A stretch of 64,000 nt of DNA from a virus (Duplodnaviria; Caudoviricetes). Location: IMG/VR virus record IMGVR_UViG_2917070673_000003; one strand, 5' to 3'. The notes below the pieces were generated by a model. It made no database searches and was not told where the DNA came from. It saw only the letters and a list, made by a program, of their open reading frames with translations. A program made the translations under genes and the position numbers. This document shows, one piece after another, positions 1 through 10,339 of this stretch. How positions within the stretch are numbered: position 1 is the stretch's first letter; every line of letters starts with the position of its first letter.

Positions 1-520
1 CGTACTTGGTCGAGGTCTTGCCGCTGAACGCCGAGGCGAGCACCTGGACATAGGCCCCGCCGTCGGTGGAAACCTCGATCTTGTACTGCACGGTGTAGCC
101 GTTGGTGTCGCCGTTGCTGGTGTTGGTCTGGGCCAGGCGCGGGGTAGACAAACGCACGCGCACGGCCGACAGCTGCAGGTTCTGCACAGCGCGAACCCAG
201 GGCTGGCCATACTTCAGCTCAACCCCTACCGCAATTTCACTTTCGACCGCCGGAAAGCCCGGGATATGCAGCTGATCCTGGCTGCCGGTGCGGGCGTCCA
301 GGGTGACGCCGCTGAAATTACGGGTGCCGTCGGCATTGGCCAGGGGCGTCTCGTCGAGGTAGACCGAGCGCTCGCCCGCGACCAGGCCCTGGATCTCGCC
401 TTCGCTCACCAGGTCAAGGATCCGCGCATACGCGGTACTTTGCAGGCTGTCGGGGGCCTCAACGGACGGCCGCGGCTTCGACTCGCCTCCTTTGCTGCCG
501 GTGATGATCTGGTTGTTCAT
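1..520 (-). CDS. Tail tip / host specificity protein J, N-terminal part (runs off window)
   Basis: Manual translation MNNQIITGSKGGESKPRPSVEAPDSLQSTAYARILDLVSEGEI, typical gpJ N-terminus; follows gpI. Confidence 0.9.
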   Translation of the reverse strand, partial: MNNQIITGSKGGESKPRPSVEAPDSLQSTAYARILDLVSEGEIQGLVAGERSVYLDETPLANADGTRNFSGVTLDARTGSQDQLHIPGFPAVESEIAVGVELKYGQPWVRAVQNLQLSAVRVRLSTPRLAQTNTSNGDTNGYTVQYKIEVSTDGGAYVQVLASAFSGKTSTKY

Positions 521-577
521 GGCTTTCCTTCAGACAAAAAAATACCCGCACTCGGCGGGCCTGGTGGCGGGTTCGGT

Positions 578-1156
578 TTACATCTGGTCTTCGGAGTAGA
601 TCCCGGCGCTGATCACCGCGCTGCCGACGATCATCCGGCCGTAGAGCAGCGGGACAGGGTTGCCCTGGACGCTGGTGTTTACGGCGCCGTTGAAGCTGTA
701 GCTGGGCCGGTTGTTGGGGGTGTCTTGGGTGCCCAGGCCTTTTGCTTGGGGGCTGAGCATCTGGATCACGCCGCCGGCCAGCATCGCGATGCCTGCAGGT
801 AGAAGAGGCGAATAAACCAAGCCAACCACAACGAGCACTGCACCGACGATTGTTTGCAGCAGGCCGGCTCGCTTTGACCCAGCGATCACCGGGACGATCC
901 GGATCACATTCCGACCGGTTGGCTTCCCGAGATCATCCTGAGAAACATTCTCCCGGCCATTGAAGACCGCATAGCGCAGCCCCTTGCGGGAGCTTTCAGC
1001 CATGTGTTTCTCGAATCCTGGGAACTGCTTGAAATACCCTATGATGTCCCGCCACCCGCCGCGGGTAATCATTCTGTGTCGGCGGCCAAATAGCCTTGCC
1101 AGGGAGCCGGACAGCATCACTGTCTGCATTTTCTCAACTGATTGAGCCATTGCCAT
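578..1156 (-). CDS. Tail assembly protein I (lambda gpI-like)
   Basis: LSGSLARLFGR, RIVPVIAGSK, NGAVNTSVQGNPVPLLYGRMIVGSAVIS motifs. Confidence 0.9.
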   Translation of the reverse strand: MAMAQSVEKMQTVMLSGSLARLFGRRHRMITRGGWRDIIGYFKQFPGFEKHMAESSRKGLRYAVFNGRENVSQDDLGKPTGRNVIRIVPVIAGSKRAGLLQTIVGAVLVVVGLVYSPLLPAGIAMLAGGVIQMLSPQAKGLGTQDTPNNRPSYSFNGAVNTSVQGNPVPLLYGRMIVGSAVISAGIYSEDQM

Positions 1157-1159
1157 TCC

Positions 1160-1924
1160 TCATTGCTTTGTGTGCCGCCAGTAGCCGACGGTGACCTCGC
1201 GCCAGTAGCCGCCGTAGGTGTCGCGCTTGCTGTCCCGGTTGTAGAGGTGGTGCAGGATCGACCCCGGCGCCGGGAAATGCTCGGGCTCGGTCTTCAGCAC
1301 GCCATCGGCCAGGTATACCCCGGCGTGGTTCGGCACCTTCGACCGAATCTGCATCAGCACGATGTCGCCGTGCTGCGGTGCACTGACCTGGCTGAATCCG
1401 GCCGCCGGCAGGTTCTCCAGGTACAGATTCCCGCCCTTCTCCCACCAGCCATCCTCCCGTTCGTACTGACCCAGGTCGATGCCCATTTCGCGACAGTAGA
1501 AGTCGAGGATGATGCTCAGGCAGTCGTGCACGCCGTGGGCGAACTTGCGGCCGATCAGCGGGGCCTGATAACCGTCCGGCGCGAAGCTCACAAGCTCGCC
1601 TGGGCGCACCTGTTCGTCATCGCCCTTGCGGACCTCAAGGATGTGCCAGGGAAGCCCGGAGGCCTCGCAGGACACGCGATCTGCCTCACTGGGTGCTGCT
1701 GGGTGGTCTGGGTGGCTATGCACGACCGCCAGCACCTGGCCGCGGTCCTCGGCGGCGGCGAAGTCCTCGGGCGACAGGCGGAAGTGCTCGCTGGGCGTCG
1801 AAGCCGTGTTGCGGCAAGGCACATAGACCTCCTTTCGCCCCTCACGAATCACCAGGCCGCAGCACTCGCGCGGGTACTCAGCCAGCGCATGCCGCTCGAT
1901 GGCGGCGCGGGTGGACTTGTTCAT
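1160..1924 (-). CDS. Tail assembly protein K (JAB/MPN + NlpC/P60)
   Basis: EYPRECCG, HSHP JAB motif, GVHDCLS and NHAGVY; start reassigned to MNKSTR just after gpL stop. Confidence 0.9.
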   Translation of the reverse strand: MNKSTRAAIERHALAEYPRECCGLVIREGRKEVYVPCRNTASTPSEHFRLSPEDFAAAEDRGQVLAVVHSHPDHPAAPSEADRVSCEASGLPWHILEVRKGDDEQVRPGELVSFAPDGYQAPLIGRKFAHGVHDCLSIILDFYCREMGIDLGQYEREDGWWEKGGNLYLENLPAAGFSQVSAPQHGDIVLMQIRSKVPNHAGVYLADGVLKTEPEHFPAPGSILHHLYNRDSKRDTYGGYWREVTVGYWRHTKQ

Positions 1925-1926
1925 GA

Positions 1927-2610
1927 TCAGCTCCGAAGCAGGCCTGCGGCCGGGAATGAGCCATACGGCAGAGGGTTGTTCTCGCCAAAGCGAAGCTTGC
2001 AGCTGCTCAAGCGCCCGCCGCATTTGTCCTTGGCGGCATCGGTGGTGATGATGTCGTTCTCATCGGCCACGGGCCCACCGTTGTAGCCGCAGTAGGGCCC
2101 GCGGTAACCGCCGCAACTGAGCCACCAGCAGACGTTGGCCACGATCTGCCGGCGCGGCAGCTGAACCCCGGCGAAGTCCAGGGCCGAGGCCAGTTCGAAC
2201 TGCACCGTTTCGTTGTTCTCGGCAGCCTTGCGCTCGACATACCAGATGTCCGGCGGTAGCTCTTCGTCGGGGTCCGCCTCCGGCTGGCCATCAAGGTACT
2301 TGCCCAGCGTCCGGTGCCGGATCAACTTCGCCCCCACCAGGTCCTCGAAGTACAGCACCAAGGCCGTGATGAACCCGCCGACGTTGCCGACAGACAGGGT
2401 CGGCATCGGCTGCGCGCCCTGCCCCGTCATTTCGAAGCCCTCGGCCTTGATTGGCCAGGGCGAATACTCCTCGCCCTGCCAGTAGATCGACGACTGCTGC
2501 GGGTAGCCGTGAAAGCGGTACAGCTCGGCGCCCAGTGCGGTAGCGTCGAGCTCGAAAAGCTCCACCCACGCGCCAGGCTCCAAGGTCTGGATATCGGCCG
2601 TAATTGGCAT
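1927..2610 (-). CDS. Minor tail protein L
   Basis: VELFELD, YSPWPIKAEGFE, Cys cluster C..YRGPYCGY..DKCG..LSSCKLRFG. Confidence 0.92.
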   Translation of the reverse strand: MPITADIQTLEPGAWVELFELDATALGAELYRFHGYPQQSSIYWQGEEYSPWPIKAEGFEMTGQGAQPMPTLSVGNVGGFITALVLYFEDLVGAKLIRHRTLGKYLDGQPEADPDEELPPDIWYVERKAAENNETVQFELASALDFAGVQLPRRQIVANVCWWLSCGGYRGPYCGYNGGPVADENDIITTDAAKDKCGGRLSSCKLRFGENNPLPYGSFPAAGLLRS

Positions 2611-2661
2611 CGTGTTTCCTCAAGGCAAAAAAAATCCCGCTCGTTGGCGGGGTTCGAAAAC

Positions 2662-3075
2662 TTACTCCGGCCGCTGCGGGCGACGCTCCGGATCAGGGAA
2701 GTCGGAGCCGCCTTTCGCCCAGGTTCTGAGCTGGCCGCGATATGTGAGCCACTGCTTGCGCGTACCAGGCAGCAGGTCGGCAACGTCAATCCCCGCTTCC
2801 GCCTCTTCCAAGCGATCAAGCTGCTTTGCCACCTCCTCCAGCTCCTCAGCTATCCATGCCACATCCGCTACACCTTGCTTGTACGCTGAGGGGCCCCAGC
2901 CTGGGAAAAGCCAAACCTGGTCGAAGTATTCCGGCGTGCCCTCCACCGCAATTCCGCCTTCCGGCGCTGGTCCGTTGGTCTTTATGATCTGCACCCCGTC
3001 CTTGTCAACGTAGAGGATTGATGGATCTTGAGGTGGAGGGCTGATTTCCAGGTCTTCAATTTTAGGCGGCTGCAC
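2662..3075 (-). CDS. Putative tail fibre assembly/chaperone protein (start uncertain, GTG)
   Basis: Directly downstream of fibre; C-terminus WLTYRGQLRTW..FPDPERRPQRP typical of fibre chaperones; GGAGGA RBS 9 nt upstream. Confidence 0.6.
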   Translation of the reverse strand: MQPPKIEDLEISPPPQDPSILYVDKDGVQIIKTNGPAPEGGIAVEGTPEYFDQVWLFPGWGPSAYKQGVADVAWIAEELEEVAKQLDRLEEAEAGIDVADLLPGTRKQWLTYRGQLRTWAKGGSDFPDPERRPQRPE

Positions 3076-4273
3076 GGATAACAATCCTCCAATTCGCAGG
3101 GGTGAGGTTGGCTGACGCACCTGTCTGGGCGTCAAGAACGGTTAGTCCGGTGGATGCCACCTTGATGAATATCAGCGATCCGTTAGCCCCGATTGAATAG
3201 CCAGATGCTGGTAGCACATGAATGCCAGCGGACCATGACGCTTGATCTACGATAGGAACCGCAAAGAGCTGCATGCTGGTGGGAATAGCGCCGAGACCGT
3301 GCTGGATACTCTGGAGTAGGCCGTTGGTGTACGTCAGTCCGTCGCTCTGGTAGCGCTTTGTAGGGTAGTACCACTCCCAGCCGCCCACGGAGCCATTAAT
3401 GCTTGCGCGCGTAGCCATTGCGCCGCCTGTTAATGGGCGCGCAAGCATTGTCCAGCCGGTCGGGTCATACCAGCTCATCTCAAGTGTTCCGTAGAATCCA
3501 GCGCCTCCAACGGTTTCCGGAGTGACGATGTACTTACCACTGGCTCGCAGCACGTTGATATCGGAGATATACCCAACCCCGTCGGTGGGGCGCCCTCCCC
3601 TGGGATCCGACCCTAGGCCGTAATCACTGGCCAACATAACCCTTCGAGGTGTCTGCCAGGAGTCCGTGTAGCGCTGGAATGTCAGGATGTCGGCATCATG
3701 GTCGGTCATGATTCGAGTGCGGCGAGCTCCACTGCCGATCATGGTTATTACCTGACCTTTGCGACCAGTCGGGAACCCTGGAGTTGTTTCGTCGTATCCA
3801 CCGAAGCCTGTAACGTCATCAGATGCTGCGGCGACTCCCTTAGACCCTAAGCCGTAGTCCCCGGTTACCAGGGCGCTGCCGAGCTTGGTTTTCTCGGCAG
3901 TTGTAAAATCGTTTGAGGACAGACCTTTACCTTTCACGGGCTCAACGAATTCCGGAAGCTGAGGCACCGGAACTTTCCCGTTGACCAACTGCGCGACCGT
4001 TGCTCCGAGGGCTGACCTTGGCAATGCAGCATCGGCCACTGCTTTTGCCGCCGCGGCGGCATCCTGTGCTTTTGCCGCATCCGCTACACCTTTATCGGCC
4101 TTCGCCTTGGCTACAGCAGCGTCCGCCATACCCTGATCAGCCTTCGCCTGCGCTGCCTCTGTGCGCGTATCAAGCTCCGCGAAGTTCTCGTTAATGATGA
4201 CCCCGCCGTCACGAAGCGTGTCGCCGGTCTCGTCGTTCGCCTCCTCGCCTACATCGATTAGCCGAATGCTCAT
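3062..4273 (-). CDS. Side tail fibre protein
   Basis: N-terminal IDVGEEANDETGDTLRDG..INENFAEL, Ala-rich coiled coil, two DYGLG modules; ATGA overlap with gpM. Confidence 0.75.
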   Translation of the reverse strand: MSIRLIDVGEEANDETGDTLRDGGVIINENFAELDTRTEAAQAKADQGMADAAVAKAKADKGVADAAKAQDAAAAAKAVADAALPRSALGATVAQLVNGKVPVPQLPEFVEPVKGKGLSSNDFTTAEKTKLGSALVTGDYGLGSKGVAAASDDVTGFGGYDETTPGFPTGRKGQVITMIGSGARRTRIMTDHDADILTFQRYTDSWQTPRRVMLASDYGLGSDPRGGRPTDGVGYISDINVLRASGKYIVTPETVGGAGFYGTLEMSWYDPTGWTMLARPLTGGAMATRASINGSVGGWEWYYPTKRYQSDGLTYTNGLLQSIQHGLGAIPTSMQLFAVPIVDQASWSAGIHVLPASGYSIGANGSLIFIKVASTGLTVLDAQTGASANLTPANWRIVIRAAA

Positions 4274-4608
4274 GGGTGAAATGCCTGTTCGAAGGTTGCG
4301 GTCAGGGTGTAGGCATCGCCCCCCATGGCCTTGGGTTGATACTCGGAGCATCGATAGAGCATTTGATCGCCCAGTGGGTCAGACCAAAAAAAAGGCGTTG
4401 CACCGGCATGTCGGTCGAGAAACGCCATGATCTCCTTGATGCGCGTCTTCTGGCCCGTGAACGTCAGGGGCCAAGACTGCGAGCGGTTGTTGATTCCGTC
4501 CTGGGCCCGCTGCTCGTAACCATCGCCGAACTTGGCCGACTTGGTTCGAAACGCAATGGTCGCCGCAGGATCGTTGTTCGGCTTCCAGGTGAAGGTTTCA
4601 GTTGCCAT
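4270..4608 (-). CDS. Minor tail protein M (distal tail)
   Basis: MATETFTW, AKFGDGYEQRAQDGIN, FLDRHAG..FFW, LTATFEQAF. Confidence 0.92.
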   Translation of the reverse strand: MATETFTWKPNNDPAATIAFRTKSAKFGDGYEQRAQDGINNRSQSWPLTFTGQKTRIKEIMAFLDRHAGATPFFWSDPLGDQMLYRCSEYQPKAMGGDAYTLTATFEQAFHP

Positions 4609-4654
4609 ATTTTTCTCCAGGCATAAAAAAGCCCGCCGGAGCGGGCAACACCAA

Positions 4655-7600
4655 TTAACCACGCCCCCTAATGGCCATGTAGATCTGACCTCCTGGTCGA
4701 AGGTCCTTCGCGATCTGCTCCTGGGCGCCCTGCTTGGCGGACTTGGCATAGGCCTGGGCCAGAACCTGTCCGTCCGCCTCGCTGGCCCCGCCACTCCCTT
4801 CTGGGATGTTGAAGGTCTGCTGAATCACGACTTGGTTGTTGCTTGAGGTTGAATCACCGCCCAACGCTCGAATACCCAACTGGCCGCCGGAGGTCCTGGC
4901 CAGCGGCACAATCGCCTCGGGGCCCGCCTCGCCCATCACTCCAGTCTGGCCGCCAGCCATTCCGAAAGCCGTTGGCTTGCTGACCACGCTGTTCGTGAAG
5001 GCGCCGCCATTGGCGAACATCTGCACGCCGGCGCCCCAGGCACCGCCGTTGGCCTGATAGCTGGAGAAGTCGACCCCGGTATACCCGGCCTGCGTTGAGC
5101 CGGCCGAAGCCGCCCCACCGCCGAAGTACGACCCAGCAGCGGAGGCAGCCATGCCGAACAACGAGCTGAGCGCCGAGGAGCCGGCCTGGCGAACAGCAAT
5201 GCGCGCCATATCTGCGAGGATCGACTTCGTGAAGTCAGCAAACGACAGCTTTCCGGTCATCGCGAACTGCACAATCGCATCTTCCATGGAGCCGAAGGCG
5301 TTGGTGAATAGGCTCTTGGTCTGGCCGGCCACATCCCGCGCCGACTCCAGGTAGTTCTGCCAGGCCGAGGACGCTCCATTCGTCCAGTCGCCCTGGGCAG
5401 CCGACATATCGTCGTAGTTGCTGACCACTGTGTCGTGCAGTTTCTGCTGGGTGGCCTCCAGCGCCTGCAGCTTCTGCGTGTACTCGTCGAGGCTCATGCC
5501 CCGGGAGCCATCGCCGTACTGGTTGGCCAGATCCAGCTTCTGCTGGTTGATGCGGTCGTCGATCGCGTTCTGCTGGTTGGTCAGGTCGCGCTGGCGATCA
5601 CCCTGGCCAAGGCCAGCGGCAGCACGCATGCCCTGCTCGCGCAGAGTATCGACTTGCTGCTGCAGGGCGCTGGTGTAGGTCTTGACCGCCAGTTCCTGCT
5701 TCTTCAGCCGGCCCTCTTCGTTCTTTGCCAGCACGCTCAGCTCGGTGTCAGCATCCCGCTGAGCCTTGACCATGGCGGCGCGGGCATCGGCGATCTTCTG
5801 GTCCAACTGGATGCGCTGGGCGGCAGAGGTGCTGGCCTTACCCTTAGCGGCCTCAAGTGCTGCAATCTCCGCCTCATAGGCCGCCGTGACCTCGTCCCGC
5901 TCATTGCCGATCATGGCCTCGCGCTTGAGCAGGTAGTCGGCCTGGGACACCAGCCCCGCCTTCTGCGCTGCGTCCAGTTCCTTCTGGGCGTTTTTGTACT
6001 CGGACAGGATACCGGTGAGATTGTTTTTCGAGGTGTTGAAGGCCGTCAGGTCTACCGCGCCGGCGGCAGTCTTCGTGTCCTTGTTCTTGTCCTTGATGTT
6101 CTGGATTTGCTTGGCAACGAAATCATCCTGGACCAATGGCGAATCAGGATTTTCTTTGCGAAGTGCCTCAACATCTCTCTTGTACTCTTTGATTAGCTTG
6201 TTACGTTTCTCCTCGCTAGATAAGTTTGAATCGTTTAGCGCCTTTAATCTGATCTGTGCGTCAAAAGCGTCTCGACGCAGCTGTTCTTGATCATTGAGCG
6301 TTTTAGTTCTCGTTTTATCCGCTTCAATTTGAAGTTCAAGATAGCTGATCTCGCCTGTCACATCTTTGTAGCGAAATGGATCTTCTACCGCCGCATCTCG
6401 ACCATTAGCAGTCATTTGAGCCAGGCGATCTTGAGCGTCCTTTAGCTTGGTCTCCAGCCCTTTGGCTCGACCTAGACTATTCAGCCCATCCAGCGCCTCA
6501 CTAGCCTCGCTCTTGATTCCTCGCCACGCTTTCTCCCACAAGCTCAGGTTATTAAGAACCTGAGCAGAGCGACTCTGTACCGTCTCGGCGTAGGTATCGG
6601 TCAGAAGCTTAGTTGCTCCAATCTCATTACCCTGCTCCTTGAGCGCAACGATTTGTGAATAAACCGACGCTGTCAGAAAGTGATACTGGTCATTAAGCGT
6701 CTTCGCGGCTGCCACAGGGTCTTCGGCAATCCTGATGAACTCAGCGACGGTTGCATCGACCGCCTTACCTGTCGCTTTCTCCATCGAAAGAGCCGCATCA
6801 GCAATCTCAACAAAGCTGCCACTGGCTAGCTTTCCACTCCCAGCCATAGATGCTAGAGCATCAGCGGCAGCGCCAGTAGTTCCAACCGTAGAGCTGACCT
6901 GGCGAGCCATATCAGCCAGCTGACTCGCACTGGTGCCAGCAAAGTTTCCAGTCAGGATAAGTGACTTATTGAACTCATCCTGCTCTTGGCTACCCTTGTA
7001 ATAAGCATAAGCCAGTCCGCCAACTGCAGAGGTGACCAGCGCGATTGGCCCAGCAAGAGCAAGAAAACTCGATACGCTTGCACCTGCGCCAATGCCCAGC
7101 TGAGTAACTGCGCGAACGCCGCTTGCCCAGTCACCGGACGACAGCGCATTACCAAGCTGCATGATGTTTTCTTGAGCCTGCCGGGTGCCGAGCTTGAGTT
7201 TGTCAAATGCTCCAGTGACCTCAGTCACGCCAGCACGATCTTTTCCAACCTTGGCCAGCGCAGCGTTATAAGCCTCGACATCAATTGCGCCGCGCCGAAA
7301 GGCTTCGTGTGCTGCATTCTCCTGGGCCTCCAGCTTCGCTAGCTTTGCAGTAAGCGGATCAATACCATTGACTGTGCGTTTCAGTGCTTCGATCTGGCGG
7401 TTCTCGGCGTCAATCAGCTTCTGCTTCTGTGCTGCCTCCCTCTCGGCTGCCGCAATCTTCTTCAAGCGAGACGATTCAACCTTGAGCTCGGCCTTTTCGA
7501 GAAGCCCCTCGAGACGAATTTGGTCCTCGGTCAAAAGCAAACCTTTTTCTTGTGCCTTGACGTAGAGCTCGTTCGCACGCGAAAGGTTTTCTCTGGAGCC

Positions 7601-7915
7601 AGAGGCTGCAGCGACAGCTGTTTCGAGCTGCCTTGTAATCGCCATCTCGTACGCTGCGCTATCTCCGCGCTTCTTGCTGGCCGATATTTGGCGCTCTATT
7701 GCGGCGGTCGACTTGTCGATCCCTTGAGCTGCTTCTGTCTCGGCCTGAGTGATCTTCTTGCCAGTGCCGGCCAAGTCATCACCAGCCTTTCCGAGACCAT
7801 CAATAGCCTTTTCAGCTCCCTCGGCCGCGTCGACCAATTTATCCAGGTCATCTGCAGCCTTGACCGCCTGAGACGACTCGACGGAAATGCCCAGGGAGGC
7901 GAAGTTAGTGCTCAT
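4655..7915 (-). CDS. Tail tape measure protein
   Basis: 1086 aa Ala-rich helical protein; lambda TMP-type segments (DFTKSILADMARI, ANGGAF, GEAGPEAIVPL). Confidence 0.95.
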   Translation of the reverse strand: MSTNFASLGISVESSQAVKAADDLDKLVDAAEGAEKAIDGLGKAGDDLAGTGKKITQAETEAAQGIDKSTAAIERQISASKKRGDSAAYEMAITRQLETAVAAASGSRENLSRANELYVKAQEKGLLLTEDQIRLEGLLEKAELKVESSRLKKIAAAEREAAQKQKLIDAENRQIEALKRTVNGIDPLTAKLAKLEAQENAAHEAFRRGAIDVEAYNAALAKVGKDRAGVTEVTGAFDKLKLGTRQAQENIMQLGNALSSGDWASGVRAVTQLGIGAGASVSSFLALAGPIALVTSAVGGLAYAYYKGSQEQDEFNKSLILTGNFAGTSASQLADMARQVSSTVGTTGAAADALASMAGSGKLASGSFVEIADAALSMEKATGKAVDATVAEFIRIAEDPVAAAKTLNDQYHFLTASVYSQIVALKEQGNEIGATKLLTDTYAETVQSRSAQVLNNLSLWEKAWRGIKSEASEALDGLNSLGRAKGLETKLKDAQDRLAQMTANGRDAAVEDPFRYKDVTGEISYLELQIEADKTRTKTLNDQEQLRRDAFDAQIRLKALNDSNLSSEEKRNKLIKEYKRDVEALRKENPDSPLVQDDFVAKQIQNIKDKNKDTKTAAGAVDLTAFNTSKNNLTGILSEYKNAQKELDAAQKAGLVSQADYLLKREAMIGNERDEVTAAYEAEIAALEAAKGKASTSAAQRIQLDQKIADARAAMVKAQRDADTELSVLAKNEEGRLKKQELAVKTYTSALQQQVDTLREQGMRAAAGLGQGDRQRDLTNQQNAIDDRINQQKLDLANQYGDGSRGMSLDEYTQKLQALEATQQKLHDTVVSNYDDMSAAQGDWTNGASSAWQNYLESARDVAGQTKSLFTNAFGSMEDAIVQFAMTGKLSFADFTKSILADMARIAVRQAGSSALSSLFGMAASAAGSYFGGGAASAGSTQAGYTGVDFSSYQANGGAWGAGVQMFANGGAFTNSVVSKPTAFGMAGGQTGVMGEAGPEAIVPLARTSGGQLGIRALGGDSTSSNNQVVIQQTFNIPEGSGGASEADGQVLAQAYAKSAKQGAQEQIAKDLRPGGQIYMAIRGRG

Positions 7916-7988
7916 CAGTTTTCTCCAGGCAATAAAAAACCGCCCGTGGGCGGCTTGTTTTTATAGGGGAGGCGCTCAGTTCTTAGCT

Positions 7989-8411
7989 CTATGCCTGTTC
8001 TAGATCGCTTCCGCAGTGTTTGCACTTAATCGCGATCGCCAGGATTTCCTCTCCGCAAAATCGGCAGTTCTTCTTAGGTTTTTCTTGGGCGGGCGCGCCG
8101 AAATTAGTAGGGGTCGTCCTTGGCGATTCGGCTACCACAACTGCCGATGGCTGCTTGAGTGCCCAAACCAGAGCGCCAACCCATCCCAGAAGGCTCCAGC
8201 CAAGAAAGAAATTTACGGCCGCTATCGCAGATAGATTGCTTCTCTTCCTTATCCAGGCCTCAATCGTGGGGAGCATGTAGAAAGCCGGTATGAAAATTAC
8301 CCCGCTGAATGCAATAAGCTTTCCAAACGCATTCAACTCAAATCGATCCGTCCCCATGGAGTAGCTGTAAAACGCGAGAAAACCTAAAACTAGCAGTCTC
8401 AAGACAAACAT
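7989..8411 (-). CDS. Superinfection immunity protein (T4 Imm-like) with C-terminal zinc ribbon
   Basis: FYMLPTIEAWIRK..AIAAVNFFLGWSLLGWVGALVWAL; CRFCGE..AIKCKHCG. Confidence 0.85.
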   Translation of the reverse strand: MFVLRLLVLGFLAFYSYSMGTDRFELNAFGKLIAFSGVIFIPAFYMLPTIEAWIRKRSNLSAIAAVNFFLGWSLLGWVGALVWALKQPSAVVVAESPRTTPTNFGAPAQEKPKKNCRFCGEEILAIAIKCKHCGSDLEQA

Positions 8412-8532
8412 TGGAAGTCCCTATCAAGTGATCATAGATGGCCTTCTTTTCATCGTATCACTGCCAGACTCTTGAAAAAATCAAACACCAAAACCCCGCC
8501 GAGGCGAGGTAATGGTTTGCAGTAACTGAGTT

Positions 8533-9348
8533 TTAGCGCGAAACGCCGCCTGCGATCACCGAAGGAAGCCCGGACCGAAGCTGATCAGCCAGCCTGGCCA
8601 GCATCTCCTGAACAGACTCCCGCCAGAGGATTTGCTGAATCGGCTTGCCGTCGCTGTGCCTCTTGCCTGTGTCAGTGATGACTGCGAACAGCTTGCCGTC
8701 GGGCGTCACCTCCCAGCGCTTCTTGCCGGGCTTGTAGATGACTTGATGCTGAAGGCCGCAGTCAGCAAGCAACTTGTTCATGCTCACCGCGCTCATGCCG
8801 AACTTTGCCCCAAGTTCCGTGGGTGTGTAGTTCATCTCTTGCGATTCGTTGACCAGACGCTTAACCCCTGCCATTTCCATCAAGTCAACGCCGATAGCGG
8901 ATTTGACCATGCTGTTGGCGCTCAGCAGAGCCTGATTCCCTTCCAAGCCGAAGCTTTCGGCGATGCGCTTGGCTGCGTCGAGGTTGTCGGCGGCTATTGG
9001 AAGCCGCTTCTCTTGTGGAATCACTGAGTCGTTGGCGGCGACCGAATCGAAGGTGCGGATCACGTGGAGACTGAAAATCGGACTGACCCACATGGCGTAG
9101 GAGATAACCAACTCCTTTACGACATAGGTGCCACCGTACCTTCCTGCCTTAGACGCAACAGGAACGCAATTCTGCTCAGGAGCAGAATTAGAAATCGCCT
9201 CAGCAAGCTCAACGGTTTCTGGGCGCTTCATGAAAAAAGCCGGCTGATGTCGAGTCTCCCCGCCTGCCGCTCGATGAAAGTCATTCAGACTGAAGCGCCC
9301 GTCCTGGTCCTGGTGAATCTCGATACCTGCGATCATCAGCGCGCTCAT
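8533..9348 (-). CDS. KilA-N domain antirepressor-like protein
   Basis: QDQDGRFSLNDFHRAAG, GRYGGTYV..LVISYAMWVSP.F; C-terminal ANT-like winged helix. Confidence 0.85.
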   Translation of the reverse strand: MSALMIAGIEIHQDQDGRFSLNDFHRAAGGETRHQPAFFMKRPETVELAEAISNSAPEQNCVPVASKAGRYGGTYVVKELVISYAMWVSPIFSLHVIRTFDSVAANDSVIPQEKRLPIAADNLDAAKRIAESFGLEGNQALLSANSMVKSAIGVDLMEMAGVKRLVNESQEMNYTPTELGAKFGMSAVSMNKLLADCGLQHQVIYKPGKKRWEVTPDGKLFAVITDTGKRHSDGKPIQQILWRESVQEMLARLADQLRSGLPSVIAGGVSR

Positions 9349-10268
9349 GCTGCATCTCCCATCTTGATCGCGTATCGGTGAGGCTCATCAATCACGCAGG
9401 TGAGGCCATGGGCGAAGCCAACGATCTCCCGCAGCTTGTTCCGGTAGGTGCGCAACTCCCACCAGGCGCCCTCCACTTCATAGCCTGCCCTGCGCAGCTC
9501 AATGAGAATGGCCTCGCAAGGAGTGCTGCCCTCATGAAAGTCGCGCAAATCGTTAAGAGACACATCGAGCCAAGCATGGCCATCGCCGCGTGACTTAACC
9601 ATTTCAGGCCTGCGTTGAGCGAGAGCCTCAACTGGGAAGTGGATGTTCAACGGTTGCTCAGCCTTGGGCTCTTCCTTGCCCAGATACTCACCTTCAATTG
9701 CGTAAGCGGCGACAAAGTTACAGGCCGCATCCAGCTGATCGCCCGGGATCAACTCCATGCGAGGGACATCGAAACGTGCATGCAGGGCCGACGCCAGTTT
9801 GGCGGTCGCGCTACGTTGCTGCTCGGCATCCAACTTGGCGACACGACAGCGCATGATGTTCCCGAGCTTTCGGGCACCTTGCGGCCCAAGCAACTCATCC
9901 AGCATGGGCTGCATCTTGCCTTGGTCTTCATAACGGCCATGCTTGCGAATCGCCGGAAGAACCTCGGAGGTTACCCACTTCTTGAAGCGCTTGGCTTCGG
10001 CCTTGCGGCTGCGCAGGATTGCCGAGTAAAGGCCAGACTCATTGATGACCAGCATTTCTTGGTCACCGCCAAGGGTCTGCACAATCGACAGACCCTTTTC
10101 GTCATCGTCCAGATGGCGAGTCATCGCCGACGCTTCGCTGTACTGAAGGGCAGCGGAAACATCGTTGGCCACGAACCATGGCTGATCATCAATCAACAGC
10201 GTGCGCACTTGCTGCTTGCCGAAATTGAACGGGATGACATTGGATGCTGCTGTGCTATTATTCGACAT
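9345..10268 (-). CDS. BRO-N domain antirepressor
   Basis: VRTLLIDDQPWFVANDV, INESGLYSAILRSRKAEAKRFKKWVTSEVLPAIRKHGRY. Confidence 0.9.
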   Translation of the reverse strand: MSNNSTAASNVIPFNFGKQQVRTLLIDDQPWFVANDVSAALQYSEASAMTRHLDDDEKGLSIVQTLGGDQEMLVINESGLYSAILRSRKAEAKRFKKWVTSEVLPAIRKHGRYEDQGKMQPMLDELLGPQGARKLGNIMRCRVAKLDAEQQRSATAKLASALHARFDVPRMELIPGDQLDAACNFVAAYAIEGEYLGKEEPKAEQPLNIHFPVEALAQRRPEMVKSRGDGHAWLDVSLNDLRDFHEGSTPCEAILIELRRAGYEVEGAWWELRTYRNKLREIVGFAHGLTCVIDEPHRYAIKMGDAA

Positions 10269-10339
10269 GACGTTTTTCCTAGTACGTTGAACGTTCTCCG
10301 AAGCCCTGACGACTCTCACCTCGTCGGGGCTTCTTCGTT

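Noticed and set aside
1142..2086. Long + strand ORFs antisense to tail/head genes (also 5435-6196, 11439-12659, 15258-15860, 20335-21057)
   Set aside because: Shadow frames of GC-rich phage genes with strong family motifs on the other strand; no RBS or motifs
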